A DNA stretch of 52,962 bases, counting the filler, from Circinaria calcarea (lineage: Eukaryota): assembly GCA_051942165.1 (NCBI GenBank). It is 4 parts of 4 records of this genome, joined end to end, with 100 filler letters (N's around TTAATTAATTAA, not from the genome) between each part and the next. Parts side by side here need not be neighbours in the genome. Positions count along the whole stretch, not along the records: positions 26,570 to 39,721 come from JAVECS010000522.1; positions 39,822 to 52,962 come from JAVECS010000523.1; 2 more parts are not named here. One strand, given 5' to 3'. Below, piece by piece: positions 26,984 to 40,492 of this stretch. The position numbers and the translations under genes are program-made. Within the stretch, counting starts at the first letter, position 1. Every line of letters begins with the position of its first letter. Below the pieces are notes generated by a model, which saw only the letters and a program-made list of their open reading frames with translations, made no database searches and was not told where the DNA came from.

Positions 26984-29900
26984 TCATCCTAGCACCTTTC
27001 CTGCCACAGCAGCCTGACTCTTATCTTTCGTCTCCACTTTCCGTAAACCCTTCCCCTTGACAATATCCCCCAGTAACGCCCCCATAGCCGGCGGTGCAGC
27101 TGGCGGGGGAGCACTCGCGGCGCCTGGGAATGCACCCGGAATAGGCGGAGGGGGCGGTGGTGCACTGGGGGAAGCGCCAGCCCCAAACTGAGCGGGAATT
27201 GGTGGAGGAGGTGGCGGCGGAGCAGGGGGAGCGCTGCTGGAGGAATTGGATGGTGTGGTTGGGGAGGACATTGACGGTGACGTTGGGCGGTCCGCATTCG
27301 AAATAGGGGTAGTGGGCGATTTCTTATCGTCCATGGCGGATAGGGGACGAGGAGGAGCCATCGTACCAAAGAGCATAGACGCGAGTTGTTTTGCACTACC
27401 CCCGGTAGGTCGTCCGTCCTCATCATCAGAGTCGGAAGAGTCTTCGGTGGAGTCGACGACGGACCATTCATCCTCTTCAGGTCGAACACGGGATGGTCGA
27501 GTCCCGGTTGGGGTGGATGAAAGGGGTGACAAAGATTTGGCCGCGTTATCTTGTTGGGTAAGACGGTGGAAAGGATTGGTCGATACCTCGTTAGTGCTGG
27601 GGGTACCAATGGATGATTGAGGCTGAGAAAATGGAGTCGAGTTTGATTCATGCGATTGACTCAACTTTTTGAAAAAAGGATTTTTCGTCTCGCTGCTATA
27701 TGCAGATGATGGTGTCGGTGCTGGAGCTGGAGCAGGCGGTGGGCTGGTCGCCGCTGTCACTGCTAGTGGTTCCGCTGCAGACGCTTTCGTAGGGATAGCC
27801 CTAAATTCAGCGGGTGGTGGGCTGACACTAGGAAGGACCACACTATTCGTTGGCGTAGTCTCCTGTGGTGTCGCCTCTTGAGCCCCATCTTCGTCGGAAG
27901 AGTCCTCGTCGTCAAGGCTTTCGAGCTGTAACTGGAGTTGTCGTTCTCTCTCTTTGGCTGCCTCTATTTCTGCCCGCTGCGCAGCAAGCTTGGCCTCTTT
28001 TTCTTTGGCGTCCTTTTCGGCGGCTTGCTTTCTTCGCTTTTCTTCCTGCTTTTTGATCTTTCCTGCTTTGACTTGTTCTTCTAAAGCTTTAAGTCTAGCC
28101 TGAGCAGCTTCACGTTCTTTGGCAAGCTCATTTTCCTGGCGTTGAGCTTCGTCTCTAGTGTAGTAGTTAGCTAATCTCTGTTCTATAATGAAAAACTTAT
28201 TATCAACGTACTCTATTTCTTTAGTCTGATCCTCTTGAATCCTCTGTTGCTCTTTGATCGCCCGTTCCTTGCCTTCCTGCTCTGCCTTCTGCAATAGAGC
28301 TTCTTCGTCAGCCTTGCGCTTTACCTCTGCTATTTGATCAACGCTGTTGCCTCTAGTTTTGCGAACAGGAGGTGGTGGCGGCTTCTTGTTGGAAGACTTC
28401 CCACTAACAGGTGCAGAAGGTTGTTCATCCTCTAATCGCTGTTGCCGTTCTTGATCTCGCTTGGTATCTTCGGCTTCAGCTCGGCGAACTCGTTCCTCGC
28501 GTTCTTTGGCCTCACGATCGTGTCGCTGCTGGGTAGATTCACCGGGTTTGGTGGGAGGCTTAAGGCCTAAAGCTGCAAGGCGCTCAGCCATACGCTGTTC
28601 TGCTTGCTGTTTAATGAAGGCTGCTCTTTCCTCTGCAGTCTTATATGAGGAATATGTAGAGCCGGTTGACATAGGTTTTGCTGCTGGACGTGTTGAGCTG
28701 CTGCTTAAAGCCATGGAGCTATCTCTCCCTGTCGGCGTACGATCACGTCCACCGTCGTGTCGTGATAATGTATTCTCCAGGTATGGCCGACCACGGCTTG
28801 TCCTATAAGAAATTAACTAAAATATAGAGTTAAGAGATTGGCAGCCTACTCTTCTTGTCTTATCCTAGCACTGCGACTGCTTCGTTGTAAGTCGAATATA
28901 AATTCTTTTACCTCGTCTTCTACTCCTAATCCTTCTTCCCACCTTCGCCCCTCATGCTCCCTCGAGGAGTCTTGGTCCCCCTCTTTGAGACTGTCTCTTA
29001 GTCGGCGGGAGAAATCTTGAATGCTATCCTCTACGTCCTTGATCATGTGTTCGTTATTCTCCTTTTCCGCTCTTATTTTTGATTGCTCCGCATCCAGTCT
29101 GACTGAAGCTGCAGATGCATCGTCAGTATTTGTGGTACTTCGTTTGCCTGTCAAAGCAGCTGATCGCTGTTCCATCAAAGCTTTAGCGCGAGCTTTGAGC
29201 CTGTCTGCCTCTGTAACCGTACCACCAGGACCAGTACCAACTACGGTGGACGCAGTTCCTGGGTGTGCTTTCGCATCTTTCAGCCGGAACAGCTCAAGTT
29301 TCGTGTCCGCGATGTCTCGTTCTGTCCTGCGAATGCGCGATGACAACTCCGGTACCCTGTCTACCAAGGCCTGAAGCTGACGTTGCAGTGCTCTGCGCTC
29401 GGCCGAAGAATCTATATTACGAAGCGTTGCGTTTGGATGAGCATCAATGTCTTCTTGAATGCGTCGAATGCGCTGCTTTAGATCCTCCACATCTCTCAAA
29501 TCTCTTCTATCAAGAGCATCGTCTTCATCTGCATTGTTCTCCTCCTTGAAATCGATAGCATCGAGTATGATCTGCTTCTCCCGAACTTTCTTGCGTAGCT
29601 GTTCTAAGCTAAGATCCTCGTTAGATGACTGGTTGACTGATGACGATTGTACTGGTGAAGGCGTCCTTCCACCACCATTGAGTCGCCGTCGTGCACTCGA
29701 TTTATACCCAGTGTCGTCATCGTTGTTCCGGAACACTGTTGCATCTTTGCGGTTGGGAGTAATACCATTCGAGTCGCTACGAAATGAGTGATTTTTGAGA
29801 TAACTGACCCCAGTCTTCTGTGGCTGCAAGAATGCACCCGTATTTTTCCGTGTCTCTGCATCTCGCGACAAAAGCGATTTGACCGTGCCAATAGAGTCGG

Positions 29901-31660
29901 CGAAGTTCCGTGCGGATGGAGGCACGAGCTCAGGCGGTAACCTATTTGGAACAGGATAGCCGTTCAGCTTTCGGTAGATGAGATGCATCGCCACGGCAAA
30001 TTCATCCATGTCAAGTCGTCCTTTATTCCCGGGGTCGGAGAGAGTCCATATCTTTTCCAGATCGGACTTGTCTAAACCACTTTGACCCATCACCTCAATT
30101 GCCACGTCCCCGCCAATGAAACCTTTATTCAGTCCATCCCATGCTTTGAAGAGCCCATCATATATTCTCTTCTCGTCCTTTGTCACAGCCCACGGCACAG
30201 TAGCACTACCGGACAAGCCAGCGGTGGTAAAGCCAGCGGTGGTAAAGCCACCTTCACGTCCAGGTTGTGGCATCATGCGCTGCTGCAAAGCATGAATATT
30301 CGGTAGACCGGATGCTGGAGCATTGACTAGACCCCATTGGCCCGGTCTTCCAGTAGGCTGTGCGTTGAGGGGTAAAGCCGGACCGCTTGTTTGTGGTTGG
30401 AGGTTCGAGTTGAACCCAGTTGGCATAGGAGGCATTGGTGGACGCGGTCCTGCATATCCTGTAACCTGAGGCGTCTGTTGGAAGCCCGTCTGTTGAGGCA
30501 GGAAACTCCCCTGTTGAGGCGCGAAGCCTGTATTTTGCGGCTGAAATCCAGTGGGCTGAGGTGGGATGTATTGGGATGCAAATCCCGTCTGTTGTGATGT
30601 CAATTGGGTCAGTAGCTGACTGTTTGAAGCCTGCGGCTGTGGCTGCTGTATGCTTGGTGAAGCCGTGTTTCGTGATGATACATCAAAACTGGGTGCATTA
30701 CTTCGAGGAGCCGCTTGCGGACGATCGTCCGGCACGCCAAATGATATTATATCCACCATGCTTGATACTTCATTGGCAATCCGCTCGGGCAGAACCTGTG
30801 GCAGATCTTTGCCAGTGAGCCTAAGGTTACACAGATACATGGCCAGGGCGAATTCTGGGAATAGCAGCTGGCCGGACTTTGTGGTATCCGCGAGAACCCT
30901 AGGGCGTAATTTAGTATACACAGGAGAGCTTCAATACGACTCGCGAACGCACCATATCTGCGACAACTCCTTGCCAGGTAGGTGGGATCGCATTAGAAGA
31001 TCCCGTACTTTGTCCCCTTCATCGCCATTAGCCTGTTATAAATGATCTTGTCGAAGAGGTCATACCATCCAGAGCCTGCCCTTCACCAACAGCTGCTTTG
31101 AAAAGCTGCTCAAACTTGGCCTGATCCTCGGCCATGAGAAATGATAGACGGATCTTCGGTATCTTGGTACCAGTTGTTACGGGCTTACTGACGGCAGAGG
31201 GTGCCGGGCTGGATTGGAATGACTGGGCTATTTGTGATGAAGTGAGACCAGTACGTTGTGGAGCGATTTGAGACTGAGGTTGACCCGTCTGCAGCGGCTG
31301 TTGCTGAGGCAGTTGACCTTGAAATGACTGCTGATTCCCAGTAGGGTAACCAGCAGGTTGGGACTGCTGTTGAGGTAGTTGGCTCGGAAATGATTGAAGA
31401 TTCTGAGATGGGTAACCTGTAGGCTGAGGCTGTTGCAGAGGAGCTTGAAAGGGTTGCGCTTGAGGGTTTGCCTGGCCTGGGAGCCCCGTATATTGCTGTT
31501 GCAGTGGAGCACCGGCAAAGCCCGTCTGCTGTGGAGCAAGCCCGTAAGGCTGCTGCTGTTGCCCTTGTGGTACATTGCTGAACGAGGCTTGTCCAAACGG
31601 GGGAGGGCCAGGACGGCTGGCGTTTGCACCGCCAAGGTAAGAAGTTGAATTTGAATACAT
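26984..31660 (-). CDS. PAN1: Actin cytoskeleton-regulatory complex protein Pan1, about 5 exons
   Basis: [18 protein letters not shown] start, QQTG/PQPTG repeats, two EH domains (IPKIRLSF...[31 protein letters not shown]...[17 protein letters not shown]), coiled coils, NPF motifs, poly-Pro tract, C-terminal WH2-like [19 protein letters not shown]. Confidence 0.96.
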
Positions 31661-32444
31661 GCTTCAGTCGGAGAAGCAAGCTGTCGAGGGATGTGTGACG
31701 AGGAGCTATCAAAGAGCGAGATTGAGGGAGTAGATACCCTGGGTCTGCATTGTGAGGACTTGTCAACACGAGATAGTTCGGAGAGAGTACGACGCCTGTT
31801 CGTTACTGTCGGAGAGAAGTGACGAATCAACCGGCCTTTCTTCTCGGGCATTTCGGAGGATCCTGTCCCGCTAGCCGGAAAGTTCCGCCGCTCTCTGAGG
31901 TTTTACGCGGGATGTCTACTCCAGTAGCATGTACGCCTTGTCACGCACATACAATCAGAGTCTTAAACACAGGACTTCTACACGTTCAAGGGCTTTTGTT
32001 ATTCAACCAGCTATGATCTCTACCTGAGGGGTCCTCCATGATCATACTATTGCTTTCGGCGACGACATCTGCTCAACCGCCTCCAAGGTAAGTATCCAAA
32101 AGCTTCTGAGATAGAATATGTATGCCGCAGCTCGACGGGTAGTTTAAATGTCATCATGAGCAGACAGTGGATTCTTTGGGGCAGCATGCTCTACCGGCAC
32201 CAGCCTCCCTACTCCACCTTTCCACGCGAAGAGCATATCCTGGTTGCCTATGGAGCAGTAACCGGGTAATCACTTCCTTCTGTCTTAGGATTGTCAACAG
32301 TAGTGCAAGGACGGTGAGGCCACTAAAGCTTTGCTTGGATAATACTCTGGTCAGACCAACCATGTCAATAGATAGATGCATAATTCCATCATTAGTAATT
32401 CCTCAACGTCGCACGCCCGGCTCCTTTGAAGCTTCTTGCCCCTT

Positions 32445-33824
32445 TCAATCAGCTCCCGCATCTATTTCTCTGGGTGGTCTTCTATCCCTTCCTCCTCCCA
32501 TACCGGCTCCACCTCCACCAGCCCCGTTAGCTCGCCCCTCAATTTCCCTCAGCTCCCTTTCCTTCTCCCTAATCACCTTCTCGCGTTCTTGTCTGACCAC
32601 AGCTAGCACTCCTTCGAGGCTGCTCCTCCAAGTATCCAGACGGCCTTGCACCTCGGTCCACTGCTTCTCACCAAAGACCCGATAGGTACTTCGATGTATC
32701 AAGAACGTCTGATTAAGCTGTGATAACTTACCCTCGACAAGCCCGGCCCGAATAACATCGATGACCCACATTTCCACATCTTCAGAAGGGATCTGCAAGG
32801 ACTTTGCAATTTGTTGATAAGGTAGCGAGCGTGACGGTGTAGATGCGGCAACCGAGGCGAGAGTCAGGAGGCGCATCTTGCGGTACAGAGTCGAGTTGTC
32901 CAAGCCTTGTTCCTCCACCCATCCTTCGTGTTCGTCCTTGAAGTCATCGTAATCATCTAAGAGCTCAGCATTGAAGATCTCCAAAAGTTGAAACCAAATC
33001 GGCTCGGATTTTCGAAGCGCCTGTATCGAATCGAGAGCAGTCAGATCTTGGAAATCGAAGTGGGTTGGATGCGATAATGCAGACTTCAGGGCACGGATGG
33101 AAAGTGTTCGTGCCTCGTCGTCATTGACTTCATCGGTGGGGATGGTACGAAGAGCGCGTAGCAGGTATAGATATGCTTGTTCGTCTTCGCCGGCCTCGTG
33201 TGCAACATCCACGATGCTCAGATAGAGTTGGCGCTGATCTTCCTCATCTGTTTCCCATTGCGCAATCCACGTGTCAAGATTTTTAAGCTGAGACTTGAGA
33301 GAATCAAAGGAGGAGCTGCCCCGGATAACGTGAAGGATGGCTAAGAAAACATGATATCGTCTGTCATTATCTGGAGGAAGGATGTTGAATATGGTCGTCA
33401 GGACGGAGAGCGCAAGGCCTGCGCCATTAGAAGGAGATGAGGTGATGGGTGATTTTAGATTCTGGCATATCTTGGGTAGGAAATTGTTGACATTAGGGGA
33501 CTGCCGAACAAGGTGTACGAGAAGGTTGTAAGCCGCTATGAATTCTACTCCTCTACGAGTCAGCGCGGATCCCCTTTTGTCCAGTTCCTGCGAACTTGAT
33601 AGTCTACCTTTCTCAGGCGCGCTGTTAAGTGCTAGGCTGCCTATGATAAGCTTCTTGAGAGCTTCGTCTTTCTGCCCTTTCTCTAGTAAAGGCGTGACCT
33701 CAGCCTGAACAGCGGCACCATCGTCATTTTGCTTCTTCTTTACTTCGTCAATGTAATGCGCAAGCTCCTCAGCAAGCTCCTCGAACGAGCCTTCTATCAG
33801 TAAAGTATTTGCAGGTCCGGGCAT
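32445..33824 (-). CDS. eIF3m: Translation initiation factor eIF3 subunit M (PCI domain)
   Basis: MPGPANTLLIEGSFEELAEELA start, PTHFDFQDL, PCI region RKMRLLTLAS...VEMWVIDVIRAGLVEGKLSQ...RSTYRVFGEKQW. One in-frame 63-nt intron at 33607-33545. Confidence 0.93.
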   Translation of the reverse strand: MPGPANTLLIEGSFEELAEELAHYIDEVKKKQNDDGAAVQAEVTPLLEKGQKDEALKKLIIGSLALNSAPEKGRLSSSQELDKRGSALTRRGVEFIAAYNLLVHLVRQSPNVNNFLPKICQNLKSPITSSPSNGAGLALSVLTTIFNILPPDNDRRYHVFLAILHVIRGSSSFDSLKSQLKNLDTWIAQWETDEEDQRQLYLSIVDVAHEAGEDEQAYLYLLRALRTIPTDEVNDDEARTLSIRALKSALSHPTHFDFQDLTALDSIQALRKSEPIWFQLLEIFNAELLDDYDDFKDEHEGWVEEQGLDNSTLYRKMRLLTLASVAASTPSRSLPYQQIAKSLQIPSEDVEMWVIDVIRAGLVEGKLSQLNQTFLIHRSTYRVFGEKQWTEVQGRLDTWRSSLEGVLAVVRQEREKVIREKERELREIEGRANGAGGGGAGMGGGRDRRPPREIDAGAD

Positions 33825-33994
33825 TGTGGTATACTGGATGAGCCTACAGAAAAGGGCTTTTCGGAAACAATTTGCGATGTGGGCGAAATCTTGGCAAGGC
33901 TTGATCGTGATAGGGCTGATCGATGTTTAGCCCTGCCTATGTTTTATCAACATCACACAGAGCTCAAACTAGATTTCAACGGGGTATCAACTAT

Positions 33995-36900
33995 TTAAAC
34001 TGACTCTATGGCACCGCCTAAGCCTGAAATCTCTACCGCTAGATCTCCAATGGTACTTGCGCACCAGAGTATCACAAGCCCCCACCCTATCCTCCTGTCC
34101 ATGTGCCATTTGTTCAGTGGAACTACGATCAATAGGCCCAAGAGTGTAATCAGAAGCGCGACGCCGCTGATGATGAGAGTGTGGCTGACCTCGACCCGGT
34201 ACGGTTTGTACTTAATTGGTCGGTGCGGATGTCGATGATGTCTTCCGTTGCCATCCGTAATCGTCATGTACAATCCACTGAGTCCGATACCCAAGAGAAT
34301 GTTGAGCATAGGCCCTCCAAAACATGCGCTCAAAGCCATGACGGGATAACCTAATTTTGCAACCGTAATGTCTGCAATCAAATCCCCAAGGCTGTTTCCA
34401 ACTGCAAAAACTGTTAAGCCAAGGATGGCATCACTGATCCCGAGGATAACACCGAAAGCTTTCAGGACCCCAACAACCTCGTTTGCAATGGTGGATATCC
34501 AGGCGATGCTGACAACGAAACCCAAGAAGCAAAGCAAAAACCGATAGCGCGGCGGTTTTGCGTCAGTCGTGGTTAGCAACACAAGAGCGAAAACCACCAG
34601 TGATCCGATAAGAGTGTACAGGTATGGAACAAAAAAGTTACGAAACGATAGAGTCGGGTCCGTATTTGCCCATATGATCAAGACGATGAAGAATGGGGCA
34701 GTGAAAATTTGAGTAGACACGAGCCAGCGATTCCATTCTTTAGACGATGAAGGCGGTGGGCTCACGGAATCGCCTACGCCTTGCTGGATATGACTGGTGT
34801 TCTTCTGGTTTGTTGTTGGGTATGACCCAGTGTGATTGTTGTACTGATGTCCATTTTCAACCACTCTGATAAGATTGTCCTGATTCCCCTGTTCAGGTAT
34901 TCCCAGACTATGATTTTCGGAGCGAATTTTACTAACCTTTGATTGATTTGGTTCCTCGAAATTGAGTTCCATAGGTTCCGAAATGACATTATCCGATGCC
35001 GTGATGGTGGCTTCACTCGACTGAGAACGCACGGTGGGATCTCCAGGATTTAATAGGCCAGGATCCGGGATAACTCTTTCGGCGATTTCCTCGGAGTCAT
35101 CGTTCTCAGCTTCCACCACTGGTAAAGTGATGGCAAGTAAGAAGACACTAGGCGCCGCTACTATACCAAGTAGTTTCTCCCATGCATTCTTACTGTGCCA
35201 AGAGTATATCGTTGGGAACAAGGTAGATACAAGGACTGCCGGTGAAGGCAAGATTTTGTAAGGCCACCAACGAATGGGCTTCGGGGGGTCTTGATCATAG
35301 TCATGCTGATGATACATGGAATCCGAGCCAAGACTCGGAGGGAGTCTAAAGCTTGGTGCTCGAGATCTACTAGGTGTGTAGTCGGGATCATCATGATAAG
35401 CTGGAAATGGAACAGCCGGGCTAGATGCTCCACTCCCAGGTAGAGTCGAAAACGAGGATCGTGATAGCCTGCGCTCCAGGCCTTGGCGAACACCATCACG
35501 GGAGGTCGCGTCATGGTCGTAATCGGAAAATCCGAGATAGCCCCCTTGTGATGGTGGCTCGAGACGATCTGAAGGCGCTGAGCGGGTAGGCAACGAGTTA
35601 TCCCGTCTAACTCCTGCTTCACCTGAAGGTGGAGATAGTAACAAGCTCGGGGAAGGTGGCTCACTCAATCTGGAGCGATCTTGAGTGGAGGAACTTGTCG
35701 GTGGTATGTGCAGTGTGGCCGAGGCTGGTGGTGTTGGACCTAAGAGGTCAATCTGAGGTATAGAACCATGGAGTGTACTTGAGTCTAAGTATAATCCCGT
35801 AGCATCGTCCGCAGATACAGCGCGGATTCGGTTTGCTGGAGAGCTTCGATCGCCTTCAACGCCAATCCCCCTGGAGTGATTGTTCACAACTTCGTGAGCA
35901 TCTCTAGGTAATTGGTCTAGTTCAGGATTAGACCGTGAACCCGGGCTCCGCTGTTGTTGCGCAAGTGTAAGCGATGGATCATCAGAATATCGTCTTAAAT
36001 TGATCGGTATAGTCTGGATATTTCTCGACTTGTGCAAAGATGAGAGGACCGCCCGGAACTCTAATGCGCCAACCAGACTTGGTCTAATCGGATTATTAGA
36101 GGTACTGTGTCTGTCTGCGAGAGACGGTCGATTGATTCGCATGCTGCTGTTTATCTCGGCCATCAATCTATCTCGAGTCTCATCATCCTCATCCTCATCA
36201 ACGACTCTGATAAACGGGCTACCGCCTCTTTCCAGAGCTGCAAAATCTTCAATCATGCTACTTCGACTAGTCCCTCTCCCACGGTTGCCCACTGTCTCGT
36301 CATTCTCGTCATTCCCTTCCACCTCGTTTGTCTCAGTGACGTTGAAGTGACCTCGGGCCAAAGACTCGCGGTTCTTTCGCCGACGTTGGTGGCCCAGATA
36401 CCAATGCCATACCACAACAGTAATGACATAAAAGACATAAAAGCCGACCATGGTAGCACATTCCCAAAGATACAAATGTCCATCGGACAGAAAGACCATA
36501 CTAAAACTCGCAGCCACGACAAAGAAGCCGACATCCCTAACAAAACTGATTTTTGAAACCTTGAAAGGCCGCACCAACGCCATGGACCCTGCTACTACGG
36601 TAGTAATGAAGCCCGCAGCCCCTATGAGTTCGCCGACTGCTAAACTCCCGCTGTGCGTCTTCATTGCGGCAAAGGTTGAGAAGACATCTGGACTACCGTT
36701 GCCGAAAGCCAAAAAGGTGACACCTGCCATGCTCTCACTCATTCCTAATATAGTCGCAATCGTGCTGAGATTTATACAGAAGAAGTCGCTTGCGGCGATC
36801 CCGATGGTACTGAAAAGTAGCCCTAGCCACAACACCAATATCATGAATGCAAGGGCCTTGAAGTGATGCAACTTGCAGTAGTAGAGCTGGAGGTACGAAA

Positions 36901-37310
36901 AGAGGCCTGCCTCCTCGTCCGGACAATTGGCACGAACGAAAGCGCATTTGTCGACTTGACTGTGGACGAGGCGGCACTACAGCAGCTACCGTCAGCATGA
37001 AGGCCATGTTCTCTTCCCTGGCATCTGGAGCCAAAAGTACCTCTGCATCTCTCCTAACTGGCCCTTGACCTTCATCACGTATATCCGCTGCCCTCCCCTT
37101 ATTACCGATCCATGGTGCATTTCGGGCCTGGATCTTTTGATGCCCATAATGATCGATGCCTTCGTAGGCGAAGCTCAGGGCTGTAACGAGGGTTATGATA
37201 CAGACAGAGATGAAGAAAGCTCGAGCAGAGTATTTCTGCTTGCGCTTTGCAACTTGGCGCATTGGCCGCTGGTGTCGCAAAGGCACCGGAGGAGGTCGAC
37301 TTTGTCGCAT
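33995..37310 (-). CDS. Cation/Ca2+ exchanger (CCX/Ecm27-like Na+/Ca2+ exchanger family)
   Basis: Alpha-1 repeat AGVTFLAFGNGSPDVFS and alpha-2 repeat LGLTVFAVGNSLGDLIAD...ACFGGPMLNILLG, two TM bundles separated by a long S/P-rich loop. Intron 37040-36977 joins the ATG exon to CRLVH...LQLYYC. Confidence 0.93.
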
Positions 37311-37739
37311 TGCAGATTCATTTTTCGTGTGAGCCAGGATGGAAGATGTGCTTATAACGATGCATAGGTTAAGGGTACGTGAGGCGATACGAGGTTGTAG
37401 ATGGCGACTGTCAAAAGAATACGTACCTCCAATGCTTACAATAAGTCACTGCCAAGTGGATGGCTTCATCCTGCCTTGATTCACTGTCACATGCAATACA
37501 TCATCATACGAACCATGTAAAACGCCTCCAGTTTGCGTAAGGCCGAATACAGAGAACGGGTAGTACCAGTAGCGCTATATCCTGTCACGTAAACAATGGA
37601 TCGCATTTTCGACGAGGACGAAACTACGTGACCCTCAGAACTATTGCGACGCTCTTATTCATATGTCCTGCATCGACGCAGCACTAATAGCAGGCTGATA
37701 TCATCCTGCTAGCCTAGAATCTGCCGTCAGTCTCTCATC

Positions 37740-39721
37740 ATGCCCCGGGTCGCAAACCCGCCGCGGGTCCATCGCGGCCAGGCAGCTTCTCCACATAAGC
37801 AGTCTCCTATCAAGTAAGTCGACTGTTGGTGCGATAACCAATTGCGATACTCGCTGATTCAAACTCAGGATACCATTGAACGATGATCGACATGAGAAAG
37901 CGGTCCGTCTTCAATCGCGACAGGCGCTACTTGACCTACAGATGAACCAAATCAAGGCGGCAGCTTCCCCCATGCGGAGACTGAATCCTCATGAACGGAC
38001 CATGAGCAGCAGTCCAAAGACCCCTCGCGATCAACACAACAGGGGAAAGGAAAACATGGAGGATGGAGGGATCCTAGCTACGGCCGTGACCCCGATGAAG
38101 CGCGTACCTATACTGGCGAATTTTGAGGAGTGGATGAAGATGGCTACGGATAACAAGATCAATGCGACGAATTCTTGGAACTTTGCGCTTATTGACTACT
38201 TTCATGACATGTCGCTACTCAAGGAGGGGGACGGTGTAAACTTCCAAAAAGCCAGCTGTACACTAGATGGCTGTGTCAAGATTTATACCAGCCGGGTTGA
38301 TAGTGTCGCTACAGAGACTGGGAAATTACTCAGTGGTCTGGCAGACAGTGGGAATAAGAAGCATAAGCGAGACGAAGGGGGTGAGGAAGAAGGTGAGGAA
38401 GGAGAGGACGAGGAGGGCGAGGACGGGGTTAAGAAGCGAGTCAGGAAGCGTGTATGTGATGGTTCTTACTTTCTGGGTGTGATTCTGAATATACTCACAT
38501 TGCCCAGGCACAGCGATCTTTCGAAGCTACTCTGGCGCCATCATTTGCACCATTATCATTGAAGAAGTTTGAACTCGAATTCTCCGTCGATCCCTTATTC
38601 AAGAAAGCTTCGGCCGATTTCGATGAGGGAGGTGCCAAGGGACTTTTGCTAAATCATCTAGCGATCGACGGTCAAGGCCGGATCGTTTTTGACAGTAGTG
38701 ATGATGCGGAAGCTGCTGCACCTGATGGCGAGGCCAGCGGAAGAAAGCGCGATTCGATAGCAAACGATCCGGATATATCGAGAGAGGACAAAGAGAAGCA
38801 GGATAACACAAAAGATGCCATGGATGATCAAGATATGGAAATTGACTTGTCAGCACTTGGTTCCAAGTTCTTCCCAGATCTCAGCAAATTAGACGCTCAA
38901 GACATTTGTCCGTCCCTGAAGAATCTGGACCTTGGAGACTCAACTGGACTGTCGGATATTCCATTTTTGAAAGTCCCTGAAGAGGTACCCGAGGAGAGAA
39001 AAGATGCAACTCTAGCCAACCTGGGCGATAAATCTGGAATTTTCCTAGATGATGATAATGCGGTTGGATTTGATGACGATAATGAACCGCTTGACGGTTT
39101 TGAGATACCCCAGGATACTGGGTTTGGAGAAGGTGGTGAGGCATGGGCAAGAGACGCGGCGCTGGAACCCCAGCTACGCGTTCATAGAGTCGGCTTCGAG
39201 GAAGGCGCTGTTGATAGTAATGGGATGGCACAATCGACTGATGCCGGTGGCTTTGGTCCTACCGACTCCCAGTATGCCGTGTCAATGCGTCATGGGAAAG
39301 AAAGTGGAGGGCACGAGGATATTCTCAAATACTTTGACAATGCGCTTCAGAAGACTTGGGCCGGTCCTGAACATTGGAGGATACGAAGAATCAAGGATAG
39401 TTCAAAAGCTTTAGCCCCTGCCCCTGCTAAACGGAAGGAAAAAGAACCCTTTCAAATCGATTTCGCATCACCCTTGGATCCGGCTTTGGCAGAACTGATC
39501 TACACGCCTGCATCTTCCAACGCTGCAATCTCACTGCCAAAAACACAATGGACATCTAAAACACGTAACCTATTACCGGACGATAAACATTTCAATTCGC
39601 GACAATTAATACGTTTATTCCTTAAACCCAAGGCGCACATCGGGACACGGCAAGGGAGGTCCACTGCTCAGAATGGACCAAAGAAAGAGGTTGAAGCGCT
39701 TCCGGAGGGGGACATGGACGA
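37740..39721 (+). CDS. cnd2: Condensin kleisin subunit (Cnd2/Brn1/barren), 3' end cut by spacer
   Basis: KIPLNDD, NFEEWMKMATDNKINATNSWNFALIDYF, NFQKASCTLDGCVKIYTSRVDSV, VDPLFKKASADFDEGGAKGLLLN, WAGPEHW, LLPDDKHF. Introns 37814-37868 and 38452-38507. Confidence 0.95.
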
Positions 39722-39821
39722 NNNNNNNNNNNNNNNNNNNNNNNNNNNNNNNNNNNNNNNNNNNNTTAATTAATTAANNNNNNNNNNNNNNNNNNNNNNN
39801 NNNNNNNNNNNNNNNNNNNNN
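39722..39821. other. Artificial assembly spacer (N44-TTAATTAATTAA-N44)
   Basis: Same 100-nt linker. Confidence 0.98.
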
Positions 39822-40492
39822 CCCCGCCCTCAATATAACAGCCCCCACTCGACGCTAGCTCATCTATCTCCCTTGTCAAAATCTCCCCGCTCTCCTGCAC
39901 CATCCCCAACGTCCCCGCACTCAACCGCGTCGTCCCCATTTCGCACGCCATCGCAATCTCCAGCGCTAGGTGGAAATCGCAGCGAATGTACTCGAGCGGG
40001 CCGTCCATGATGCTAGCAACGATGCAGGATTCAGTCTCCTCGCTGTGTTCGTCCAGCACAACGAAGCAGTAGTGAGTGAAGCCATCGAGCCATGTTTCGT
40101 GAATGTACGAAACAAACCAGTCGTGGATGGCTGAGATGGGCTGGTCAATATAGGGAGTTGAGAAGGGTTGGGTAGGGGGCCGGGAGGCCCTGGACAAGCT
40201 GGTTAGTTCGGTGGTCGTCATGATGGCAAGGTGCACACCCCCGACGCCTTCAAGGCGCTCCCAAGAACGCTGAAGGAGGAGATCAAAGGTCTAGCTGGAG
40301 ATTCAGTGGATATATAAGAGGAGAAGGGCGCGGATGAGAGAAGATGAGTGAGTATGAGGATGAAGAAGAAGGGATAACAGGAATTGTGGACTTTCTGGTG
40401 GGAAAATATCGAATAGGACGTACTGAGGAAGAGATTTCGGCGGTGCAAAACACAAGGCAGAGGGAGGCTCCGTGGGCGATGGTGTCCGTCAT
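39822..40492 (-). CDS. Uncharacterised fungal protein, DUF6924-like, 3' end cut by spacer
   Basis: Exon 40492-40424 (MTDTIAHGASLCLVFCTAEISSS) splices via GTACGT...CTAG (40423-40291) in frame to TFDLLLQRSW...FVVLDEHSEETESCIV...IRCDFHLA. The VFCTA / FVVLDE / R.DF pattern is one I associate with DUF6924. Confidence 0.6.

Noticed and set aside
30215..30250. 15-bp duplication in PAN1 ([11 protein letters not shown])
   Set aside because: A small in-frame slippage in a low-complexity linker with no evident significance.
26989..36866. Long antisense or alternate-frame ORFs over PAN1, eIF3m and the exchanger
   Set aside because: They are shadows of real coding sequence on the opposite strand or frame.
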